Of a DNA stretch of 64,000 nucleotides, positions 39,701-51,700 are shown in pieces. The notes below the pieces were generated by a model that was not told the DNA's origin, did no database searches, and saw nothing but the letters and a program-made list of their open reading frames with translations. Within the stretch, counting starts at the first letter, position 1. Each line of letters opens with the position of its first letter. The translations under genes were made by a program, and so were the position numbers. The stretch lies in the NCBI GenBank assembly GCA_964016885.1, contig OZ024748.1, forward strand, positions 21,886,001 to 21,950,000, read 5' to 3'. This stretch comes from Eledone cirrhosa (lineage: Eukaryota).

Positions 39701-41660
39701 TTGCAACAGCTGGTACAGTAATGCATCAGCTTCAGCATTCAGTAATCAGAAAAAGGGAGGTAGGCATAAAAGCCAAACTCGCTATCTTTAATTCGGTAAT
39801 CGTGCCAACCCTTACCTATGGTCATGAATCTTGGGTAATGACTGAAAGAATACGACGTCGAATACAAGCGGCAGTAACGTTACTCGATAGAGTGCACAGC
39901 TCGGAGATCAGAGAGTCACTCCATGTTGAGCTGCTACTTCTCTGAATTCACTGATCACAGCTCCGATACTATGGGCATGTGGTTAGAATGACACAGGAAA
40001 GAATCACTGGGCAGATTTTATGGGCAAAACCATGGTTGGATAACATCCATGAGCTTGGATAGTCTTGCTTGAGAATCAAACTGGATCAGTTGGAGACGGT
40101 TGCACTTGACAGGACCCGCTGGAAGGAGTGTTTGAGGATTTGCCTCCACGAGCCTCTCAAGTATAAGAGGGCGAAGAAGAAGATTCCTGGAAGCATAACA
40201 GGTATAGCATGAAGTGTCTCGGTTGCGTGTGGGTAACGACGAAAGAAGACTTGTATTATCTGCATAGATGTGTCTGTGTGATTAGAAGTGATAACAAGAT
40301 GATTAATGGTAGCAAACAACCGAATTTCAAGCTGTATCGACTGCACTTATTTGGGAGGATAAAGGTTATGCATGTACCACCATCACTAGTCAATAGTGGT
40401 TTAAGACGAGAGGGGGCTGGTTAGTCTGCAGCCATAGGCCCAACAACATTTAAAGGGCCCCAAATAATTATTAGGAGCAATTTTTTACAACCATACATAA
40501 TTGAAATTTCAACCAAGGGGTCCCATGTATGTTTATTCCGCCATTTAACACAACCAACAGATTAAAAACAACTTTAAATAAAAAAAAACGACAAGGGAGA
40601 TAACTAACATTAGAGCTTTGCTGAAAGCACCGTCTTCCATGTTTGGGAAAATATCTAAACTTCTGATAAATCTTTTTTAAATTGAAGTTTCATTTTTTAA
40701 ATCCAAAATTTACCAAATTTATCTTTAAAATGACACATTATAAATATAATGTGTGTGTGTAATGTAAGTAGCAATATCCGTAGGTGTGAAAAGGAAAAGT
40801 GCCCAGTTGGGAAGAGAGCAGAAATATTATATTATTTATGTTCATACACGGAATAAAAGCGCTACCTAAGGTTTCAAGGCCCAATATTGACCATATCTCT
40901 AGAATGTAATAGGGATCAAAATTGTGGCCAAATCTGCAGGCGTTTTATACGAGTTTATACATATATATTCTTCGTGTTTAGGTATAAGTATCGATAAGAT
41001 ACTGATTTCATATGAAAATATTGTTAATTCTAAAAATATAAAATGTCTTTATATAAATGTTAATGAATGTGCCATTTTTAAAGTTTTAAATAGTATATAA
41101 CTAATTAATTGTACAAAAAGAAAAATAACGGTTCTATTAAAACCAATCGTGAAGGAAAGAACGAAATGTTTCTGTTTATACGTTACGTACACATTAAATT
41201 GAATCAGAGAATCAATAACTCGTTATAAATGAAAGGGTATATAAGGTTATCAGGTGCATTACCGGCGGCGACGCCGATTGAAGCACTCGATGCTATTACT
41301 ATGTCCATCTCTCGTTGGGTTGTGCTCCAGGTTTAAGGTGGCTGTAGTTTGCAGAGTATATATAAAGTGACAATAAGAATTACAGCTTTTTGTAAACTTT
41401 ATTACATATTACAATTCGTTTCCATATCGATCAGCTCGGGTTTGATCATGTGATCGGATCCGGACTGTTAATCGACACTTCTTCAGATATGAGAATTTAC
41501 ATGGATAGGATCATCCATGTAAACTCTCATATCTGAAGAAGTGTAAATTAAGAGCCGGGATCCAATCATATGATCAAAACCGGGCTGATCGATATGGAAA
41601 CAAATTATAATATGTAATAAAGTTTACAAAAAGCTGCAATTCTTATTGTCACTTTATATG

Positions 41661-41726
<66 letters not shown>

Positions 41727-42277
41727 TGTATAATCACACACAGGAGCCAACAGTGAAACCCTCATCCCAATACAAACGAAGCCCAAATTTAACGCAATGA
41801 ATCCGGTGATCTCGACAAAATATTTTCGTTTTTTTATTTCAGGATGCATCATAAAAAAATTCCCCCAAATTGCATGAAATGGAACTTCACTTCGATTTCA
41901 TAATTTCGCTTTAGACATTTTTTGCAGAGCCATTCACAAATTATAGAAATGTTTCATATCACCCTCAGCTGTCTTGTAATTCACACTGAATAGAAATGTG
42001 CACGTTTTTGAATTATTATTTCTTTTTACTATTAAATAATAAAAACATTATGCGGAAACCTCATGTAAGTTTCTTATCAAGACATACTAATTTTGATCGG
42101 AAATAATCATCTTAAAGCAATGTTCTTCATTTAATATATACACGTCATATATCTCATAAACAACAGACAGCTTGCTGGATGTGAAGATCTCATGTCTTTG
42201 ATGACGTGGGTAACAAGAATATAACAACCTTCTCTCGAATACATCGCAACAGATATGTTGGTGTCTGTATGTCTGTC

Positions 42278-42310
<33 letters not shown>

Positions 42311-42480
42311 ATGGAGGAAATGTGGTAAGGAACCAGGTGGACCATAACGCACTAAAGTACTCAATACTTAGAGTAGTAGAGTGGGTAATAGGAACGAGTA
42401 GGACCCCGACGGCTGAGCTCAATTAGTCCAGAATTAGCCGTCGAAACGGCTTGAGCTCAGCCGTCGGGGTCCTACTCGTT

Positions 42481-42535
<55 letters not shown>

Positions 42536-42604
42536 TTTGCGGTGCTGAGATCTGGGAGTACTCACTGCATGGAAAGAAGCATAGTAGGTAGAGGGTTATA
42601 TATA

Positions 42605-42647
<43 letters not shown>

Positions 42648-43301
42648 TGAGTGTGTGTGTGTGGAGAGAGAGAGATGTAAAATCCCGAAACCGCTTGGCA
42701 TCGCAGTCGGTATTCTACATATCTCTATACCTATTATGCATGTCCCCATGCATTGAGTACCCCCATGATTTGTGGTCTCACCACCGCAGACCCCACCCTC
42801 CATCTCTATATATAAACATAAACACACACAACCTAGGGATCTTAGCCAGCTCTGGTTTATAACAACAAAATGTTAGTCACACCCTCTGCAGACAGCAAAA
42901 TATAAAATCATTTTCCTCTACATTATACTATACTAAACCAAAATCAAAGATCAGACACAACGGATTGATTTCGGGATTTCTCCCACCCCCAAAGCTGGTA
43001 TCAAATTCATTCATGTTCCCAAAATAACATCAAATCTCGATAAAAAAAAATCAAAGTTTAAAACAATATATATACATATAATAAACTTACCTGCTAGTAT
43101 GAATGATCCAACACTGGATATAAAACCGGAGAGGAAAGAATTAAATGGGAATGTACCGACAACACAAATGTACAAGAACTGCATAACGCCTGTGAGGAAA
43201 ACATAGACAAGATAGGCATCTATAATTTTTAGCTTCTTCGGCGTGTTCGCAATATATTCATCCCAAAATTTGGTCAACACATTTAATATTTTTTCAGGCA
43301 T
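36780..43301 (-). CDS. DAD1: Defender against cell death 1 (oligosaccharyltransferase subunit), 113 aa; coding exons 43301-43091 and 36910-36780
   Basis: [70 protein letters not shown]|[46 protein letters not shown]1 motifs [12 protein letters not shown] and SPERAFADF; phase-1 GT-AG intron. Confidence 0.97.
36981..37462 (-). mobile_element. RTE LINE 3' fragment
   Basis: [20 protein letters not shown]...[11 protein letters not shown]...RGKPRKTW, with a (GAT)n tail. Confidence 0.9.
38470..40182 (+). mobile_element. Degenerate RTE LINE of a different family (short related pieces at 48820-49040 and 59480-59802)
   Basis: Broken frames [39 protein letters not shown], with multiple stops and frameshifts. 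Confidence 0.88.
41357..41662. mobile_element. ~300-bp imperfect palindrome in DAD1 intron 1 carrying two inverted hammerhead motifs
   Basis: Arms mirror around about 41509. Each arm has CATAT-CTGAAGA...GAAA...TA-ATATG followed by AATAAA. Confidence 0.8.
41405..41491 (-). ncRNA. Type I hammerhead motif with extended stem II (mirror copy 41528-41614 on +)
   Basis: CATAT-CTGAAGA-a-GTGTCGATTA...TGATCGATAT-g-GAAA-C-gaatt-G-TA^ATATG. Stem I CATAT/ATATG; 10-bp stem II with G-U pairs. Confidence 0.62.
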
Positions 43302-44702
43302 ATTTCTTTTTTAAATGGTTTGTTCTTGTGAGGTTGTTCGGTGGTCTACAATATTGCAGTAAGCGACTGACACAGAAAACAACAGTTAAGTCAACGTGGC
43401 AATAAAATCTCGTAAAAAAAGAGATTTTAGCGAGACTTACAACCGGTGTTTCTTTCATATGTATTCCATTAAATAATGCGTACTTTATGGCGAAATATCA
43501 AAACGATAAAATACATTTAATACAAATTAAATATAAAACATTTAATTGTTTTATTCAATAAATTTCAATTAATTTATATAATGTTTGCAGTAACAAAAAG
43601 AAAAAAAAACTCCCGGCATTTGGCTACCTTTCGTTTCTCTATTACAAATGGCAGTGTCCGTGTTTGTGGACAAGGTTTGAAGGCGGAGGATTGTAAAGTA
43701 AAACATTAAAATTTATTACAAATTTCAAACAAGAAATAACTGAAAAATAAGCATTAATATTCTATGTTAAAATTAACGTGATATTTAAAAAAAAATTGTC
43801 TTTACTGATGGGAACAAAACAAAACCCGAAAATAACTGTAAAATCAACCACTATAATACGCCGTGTGTTTTCTTTTATTTATATATGTATATATTTAGTG
43901 AGGGGAGTTGATGTGAATGTGTAGTGGATTGTGTCTGACTCAGGATTAAACAACAACAATAACTATGTTACAAGAAACTTAGTCAATGGTGCAAGGGAAA
44001 TAATTTCAACTGATACTAACGACCGCACGAATTGACTTGCTAGAAATAGCAAACAAATCTTTTTAAAAACCATTTTCCACTCTCTTAAATTACGAAAACT
44101 CTATCTGGATACATACACACACTCTGACGATGAAAACAAAAAATAAGTTCGTGAATGAGTATCTATGCGGTTGTTTAATAAGCTAGAAATAGCGATGAAA
44201 TCTCCCTCAAATTACACCCCAACCACCATAAGAGAGAGATTAAGAGAGAGAGAGATTGGATAATATTATGTGAAACCAGGATAAGTCTTAGGATTCAAGA
44301 CAGACATTTTTTTCTACTTTATCTCTTACTTACTCACGAGTCGAGTTTCCTTGATCCAATGAACAGTAGTGTTTCCATTTGTCTCGATCTAGCATTATCA
44401 CTCCAAGATCCGTTAAATTTCCTCTACTTTATATTGTGAGAATAAAATGTTTACAAAAAACGCATGCTCTAAATTTTCCTTGCATTTTTAATTAACCTAT
44501 CACCGTATGGTGCCTCTATTAATAATTGTTTCTATGTTTGGCACAAGGCCAGCAATTATATCAATATATGACTGGTACTATATTTTAACGACCCGGCGGT
44601 TTTTTTAACTCAGACCATAAAGGGCCGTAACTCTTTGCTGCAAAGCATGACATCTGACCCTTTACCGATACTGCCAATCCATCGCCCTCTATTAATAATA
44701 CA

Positions 44703-45509
44703 TCTATATACATAAATGGCAATCCCTGTCTGTGTTTGTGAACCTAAAACTCAAAAACTACCAAACCGATCTTGATGAATCTTGACACGTGTGTGGGGCC
44801 TCATACCCATTTGATTTCTTACGTATATTTCATTTTAATCAAAGGGTTCCCCGGGGGCTCAAACCCCCGCTGAAATTTTTTTCCCTTCGATTTATATGAA
44901 ATTTAAACCATAGGAAAATGACAAGATATGATGCATATTCACAAAATTTCAATCATATTAACACAGCCTAATGGGGGTTAAACCCCCTATATATATATAT
45001 ATATACAGAAATGGCAATTTGTCTGTTTGTGAATCTAAAACTAAAAAACTATCAAACCGATCTTGATGAAACTTGACACGTGTGTGGGGCTCATGCTCAT
45101 TTGATTTCTTACATACTTTGAAGTTTTAAAAAAATCGATAATTTCCAGTCTGCATCGATTTAAAAAAAAATGAATAGGAAATTTGTATGCAAATGCTCAT
45201 ATGAATGTTATTTTCTGCCATAACTTTTAAAGCTCTCAACCAATTTCCTTCAAACTTGAAACACAGACAGATTATGTGCTAAGGATGGCTTTTTGCTAAA
45301 GAGAATTCTCCAGACCACTCGAGTAAAGCGTAAGCTGATATTTGATTAACTGATGGGCGAAATTTGGCTTCAGCTGTTGTGGGCTTAAAATGTTCTCCAT
45401 AAATCAACTTAATATTCTCTGCTTGCTGTAACATTTATTTTTGGTCTGAGAGGCATTGGGCATTTTAATGGGAACTGGGAATACCCCCGCTCCCGGGTAT
45501 TACAGCTAG
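44703..45509 (+). mobile_element. Non-autonomous Helitron with duplicated 5' end
   Basis: A|TCTATATACATAAATGGC start, repeated at about 44987. 3' ATACCC...GGGTAT hairpin, then CTAG|T. Confidence 0.7.
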
Positions 45510-45811
45510 TATATACATATGGCACAACAACCTCTGTAAAGTGGTAGATTAAAAAAGGCATTCAACCACTGAAAATTTGCCAAATAAAACGCAGAAAGGC
45601 TTCTTCAATTGTGTCAAATATATGACAATCCCCCTGGCGCTGTTGCCACTATAAAATGCACCTGGTACACTCTACACAGTTCCAGGAGTATATGTGAGAT
45701 GCACTATATTAGATTCAACGTTTCTCTTCTCTTTTAAACCAGATATAGTGACTCTTTTTTTCAGCATTAGACAGTTTTCTTTGCTTTGCAGCTAGTCACA
45801 AACACACACAC

Positions 45812-46960
45812 ATTCATCATTTTACGTCCATTGTTCCACAGTAACATGGGTTGGATAAGTCCTTCTCATTACAGCATCTTTCCACTTGTCGCATTCCTTT
45901 GTCATCTCCTCTGTGAGTTTTAGTGATGAGATTGTCTTCCTTCCACTGGAATTACTTAGCAATCATCAGACATGTGCATCACATGTCCATACCAATGCAG
46001 TCTCCTGCCCTGCACACTACTTCTGATTTCTCATACTCAGTTGCTCCCTCAGTTCATCTATGCTTGTCATTCTTGCACATCCATCGAAGCATGCAAGCTT
46101 CATTTCACTACTCTTCTACAGTTTCCTTAAGGACCACCAGAAGACCAATGAGGGTACTCTCTCAAAAGCTTTCTCTAGATCAACAAAAGGTAGACACAGA
46201 GGCTTACTTCTAAGAACTTTTCTTGTAGTTGTCTTACTAAAAAGAGGACATATGTGGTACTCCTCTCTGGCATGAAACTGAACTACATCTCTTGACTAAT
46301 TAGCTGTGCTAGAACTCTTTTTGTCACTTTCATAATTTGATCTATTTGCTGTATTCTCCTGTAGTTGCTCCTTTATAGAGCATCACCTTATCCTTTGTGG
46401 CAATTAATGATTATACAGCTGCACCAGTCATTGGGTATGGCCCCGTATTATCTGATTGACTATTATGGTGACTAGTTCAATTCTTACTTCCCCAGACAGT
46501 CTCATGACTTTACCATTTTTCATCTTCTTGATTGCTTCTTTGACCTGTCAACTTCGATAGCTGACCCCTCTGCTGGGAGTAGTCTCCCTTCCTCTGATGC
46601 ATTCTTGATATTCATTAACCTCTCATAGTAACATTTCCAGGCCTTTTTCTTTTGGGCATCAGTGAAGCTAAGTGCACTAGTGTAATTTCGAACACAGACA
46701 CACATATATATGTTGCATCTAGATTAAATATATTATGTCTAATCGCCATTTTTATAAATTTACGTCTATTTTTACATGCCTGTTTGGGTTGGATATCTCT
46801 TTTCTACAAGTGTTTGCCTCCTCTCATTGTATTTCTTTATCATCTCTTCTATAAGGTTTGGCATTTTGAGGTCAGTTTTAACCATGTCTGACCAGGTTTA
46901 TCTCAGTCTTCTTCTGTTACAGCTTTCTTCCACTGTATGTTTAGACACAATCACAGCATT
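45812..46960 (-). mobile_element. Highly decayed RTE LINE fragments
   Basis: QKKKAWKCYYERLMN and remnants of the RT and 3' end similar to 49790-53027. Confidence 0.7.
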
Positions 46961-47049
46961 GTTTGAGAGTTAGATGCAACATTGCAGAAATAACACATGA
47001 CACTCCATATTTACATAATTTATTCTGTACAAAACTTACAATTTCATTG

Positions 47050-48711
47050 TCAAAAATCATAGTTTTGGAGATAAATAAGTCGACAACTGAGGAGTTTCTC
47101 TCTGCACAACGGGCACTCTGACTAATGGCAAAGAAAAAAAAAAGAAAATATTTTATTAAACATGTAAAAAGAAAGTGATGTTTGGCATCAGAAAATTAGT
47201 AGAAAAAGTCTGAAAGTGGAATAGATTGGTTTGTCTGAATAAGAGAAACATAATGTTTTGGGTATGACCATTTGTTTCACAGTAATGTTTGCTTATAAGA
47301 CACTTTATTTCACATTGCTCTAGTCCACTCAGCTAGCAAAAATGAGCTGTAACTGTAATTCGCAGAGACAGCCTTGTCACATTCTGTGTCATGCTGAATC
47401 TCCCTGAGAACTACATTAAGAGTATGTGTGTCTGTGAAATGCTCAGCCACTTACATGTTAATTTCACGAGCAGGCTGTTCTGTTGATCGGATCAACTGAA
47501 ATACTCGTCGTCATAATCGACGGAGTGCCATCCAATGTTTGCTCATAGTACTGGATAAATAGAATTACATATATGAAAGTGGTAGGGAGGTATTGTAGTC
47601 ACTTACTTTGGTCTGGCACCACTCCAAAATACAATTCCAACAGAAAAGGTGACCACATGGTGTAGCTGTTGTCTCGTGACGAAGTTCTAGGCAAAGAGGA
47701 CACCGATGACTTGATACAGACTCTGCAGACTTCAGATTAATACTGAAAGTAGACAAACTCAAAATGCTACTCTAAAAATAAAGTACAGCAGATAAACCTT
47801 AACCCCTTTGATACCAAACCACCTGAAATCAACATCAGTTTTATGATATAAAGCTGCCTATTTTAAAGTACTAGGATGTTTTTCAACATGCTGATGCGCA
47901 TGTGTATATGTGTGGTAGCAGCCTGCATCAGGCGTAAAGAGAAAGGAGTAGTATGAGGTAGTCATAACAACAGTGGTAGAAGCCTGCATCACTGAATGTT
48001 AGATGCTGTTTTCTGTAGTTTGTCATCACCTCTTCCTTCCTCAATCATCTCTAGTGTGTGATGTCATTACCCCTTCCTTCCTCAGTCATCTCTACTGTGT
48101 GATGGATGGAAGTCATTCAAATTTATATATAGATTCATATTTATCTAAATATTTTCCTTTATATAATTTTATGTAAATAACCTTTGTTAAGATATGTTCC
48201 AAACACCAATATATTAATAAATCTTTCTAAATTTTTATCATTTTTTATTATTTTCAAAATTATTTGAAAATCATAGGCAGTGTCTATTATTAGAAATATA
48301 GTAACAAGAGGGTTACTGTCTTAAATAAAGGTAGACACACTGGTAATATAGCTCTGGGTGTATACAAAAACATGGAATGGTCACAGCTGGAATGTCTTTG
48401 ATCATAGGTCTTCTCAATCAACTGTGGTTTAAGTAGTTTGGTACCAAAAATGTTAAAGGAATAATTCTACAAGTGTCTCACCACTACTAGCTTCATTTTC
48501 CTTGCAATCTTATTTTTGTTAACTTACCCAGAGCGTGGTGATGTGGTGGGTTTATCCTGCAAGGTCTTATGAAACTGGAAGGCACCAATTAACAAACCAC
48601 CGAGAAGTTGGGCGGCAGTCAAATATCCTAGCAGCCGGAACATTCCAAACTGTGTCTTTGGTTTCAATGAAAATTGAATCTGTTGTAGAGAGAAAGATGG
48701 AAAGAGAGAGA

Positions 48712-48760
<49 letters not shown>

Positions 48761-51700
48761 ATCTAGAGAATGTTATAGTAAGCAGATCCTGAGAGAATGT
48801 TAAATAACAACAAAAGAAAAGTATTGCTGGAGAGATTTTATCGGCAAAACCAACCGGCAAGAGACCCAGAGGCAGACCCTGAGCAAGATGGTTGGATAAC
48901 ATCCATGAGCTTGGCTGGTCACGATTGGGGATCCAGTCGGATCAGTTGGAAACGAGTGCTTCTGACAGAACCTGTTGGAAGGAGTGTTTGAGGACTTCCC
49001 CAACGGCCCTCTCAGGAATAAATGGGCGAAGAAGAACAACAAAACTGGTTTGTCAGATTTTCAATCCAAGATATGGAAAAGGCCATCACGGGCCCTAATT
49101 TCACAATGAAACAATAAATACATTTGTTAGATATATAAATAAAATCAATATTTTTTATAATATAATCTGATGTATAACTGAAGTATTTAATAATTATTTC
49201 TGAATCATCAACATAAACTATAGATGATCCTCATTATTGGAAGCAATGCTGTTAGAATAACACAACGTTATAACAGCAACAATCACAGGGTATGTAAAAT
49301 TCAATCTCCCATATTTTGCGACAGCACCTTGGTAAATTGGCTCTTAACAATCTGATCACTATATTCTCTCTCTCTTTATATATGTAACTATCACCATTTA
49401 ACACCCAACTTTCCATGCTTCCATAAGACAAACAGGCTGTCTAGATATCAGACAGGGCAGGTGAGTATGGCTAGCTTGTATGCTCCATTTTTGGCTTGGC
49501 TTTTCTGGTTGGAATCCCTAATGCTAACCACTAGAGTGGACCAGTACTTTCACTTTACCGTGCAGACTGAGTGGTTTTTGTAGTGGCACCAGTATTATTG
49601 CCTTAAAATACAGATGAACTGGTTGCTAGTACCTCCACCAAACAGGTTGCACTAGGAGCATTCTATCATGGTACCAGCACTACAACACTAGAAGTTTATA
49701 TATAACGACCTCTCTAGTGCTGGTGGCACGAATAAAAGCACCTAGTCCATGCTGTAAAATAGAGGGGTAGAGAGGGCGCCTGAGTTCAGTAAGACAACCT
49801 CTCTAGTGCTGGTGGCACGAATAAAAGAACCCAATCCATGCTGTAAAATGGTGCTGGTGTTAGGAAGGGCATCCAACCAGTATATATACTACTGCCAAAA
49901 ACTATGAGCACAACAAATGAGAATTGCATCAACAGCAATAACACTAACCATGTTAGGGCTGCGCACGGTAGTGGGGTGGCTGGTGCGGCCATGTGCGAGA
50001 ACCCCCCCACCATCATCAAGCAATCACACTACAGGAAAAGGAACAAGAATATGAAGATGTTGCATCTCAGAGTTGCGACACTTAATGTTGGCACTCTCAC
50101 AGGTAGATCTGGTGAAATAGCAGAGATGCTGGAGAGAAGGCATGTGGATGTGTGCTGCGTGCAAGAGGTGAGATGGAGAGGTGCCTCTGCAAGACTAATT
50201 GCAGGCAAACATCTTAGTTATAAGCTTTTCTGGGTTGGTAATGATTATGGGTTAGGGGGAGTAGGCATTTTACTGGCTGAGAGATGGATCGATAAGACAA
50301 TAGAGGTAGTTCAAGTTAATAATAGAATAATTAAGCTTAGATTAGTTGTAGGCAGGAGACTACTGACAATCATCTTTGCCTATGCTCCCCAGGCAGGCCT
50401 AGGTAAAGAAGATAAAGACTGCTTTTACGAGCAACTTTTACAAACAGCCGCAATGACAGAGGACGGAGACATTGTTATGCTAGCAGGGGACTTCAATGGT
50501 CATGTTGGACAGCTCCAGGATGGTTACACTGGGGTACATGGTGGGCACGGTTATGGCTCAAAAAATGAAGAAGGAGTGAGGCTTCTTGAATTTTGTGATG
50601 CAAGTGCACTAACCATTTGCAACACTAACTTCCAGACACCTGCCAACCACCTAATGACCTACAAATCAGGCGAGCACATAAGCTAGATTGACTTCTTGCT
50701 AGTTAGGCAGCGAGACAGACAGATGGTGTCAAATACCAAGGCATACTCTGGGGAAGAATGTACCCCACAGCATAGGTTAGTCATTAGTGATATCTCAGTA
50801 AGTAAGAGACGGAATGAGACTACAGGAAGGTGTGGAAAAGGAAGGTCTGGAAGCTAAAAGACCTTTCACTAAAATACAAATTTAGGAAAGCCCTTCAAGA
50901 TGTGTATGATGAAAAAGAAGACGATTTAGAGTCGTATGACATAGATGATAACTGGAATTTCTTACATGACAACTTACTGCAGGCTACTGAAGAAAATTGT
51001 GGCTGGAGCAGAGCTTCAACCAGACAGAGAGTGACCTGGTGGTGGAATAGCACAGTAGATAGGGCTATTAGAGACAAAAGACTGGCTTGGAAAAATGGTG
51101 GGAGTAGACAAGGATATACAGCCGCTAAGAGAGAAGCTAGATGTCAGGTGTACTTAGCACGTAGGGACGGTGAGAGTAGCAGTGTTCCGCATTGCAAGGC
51201 GGTGTGTCAGTGCAAATCAGGATGTTGTTGGAGATAAGTGTGTCCAGAATGATGTCGGTGTACTTAGTGTCACGAATGATCAGAAAAAGGAGGCCTGGAA
51301 ATGTCATTATGAGAGACTGATGAATGTGGAGAACGAATGAGAGAAAGAGAAATTACCCCCAGTAGATCCGACAGAGGGACCAGCTATTGAGATTGACGAA
51401 TATAGGGTCCAAGAGGTGATTAAGGAAATGAAAAATGGTAAGGCCGCTGGACCGTCAGGGATAGTTGCTGAGATGCTGAAGGCATCAGGGGATGTAGGCA
51501 CTAAACTAGTTGCACGCATCATCAATCAGGCTATATATGGTGGTGTCATACCCCAAAACTGGTGCAGCAGTATTCTCATAAATTGCTACAAAGGTAAAGG
51601 GGATGCTCTGGAGAGGAGCAATTATAGGGGCATAAAACTGATTGATCAGGTTATGAAAGTGGCAGAAAGGATATAATGCAACTAATTAGAGAAAGGGTCA

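Noticed and set aside
41260-41356. Nested mini-exon [16 protein letters not shown] in DAD1 intron 1
   Set aside because: There is no recognisable homology or partner exon; it is more likely part of an unclassified repeat.
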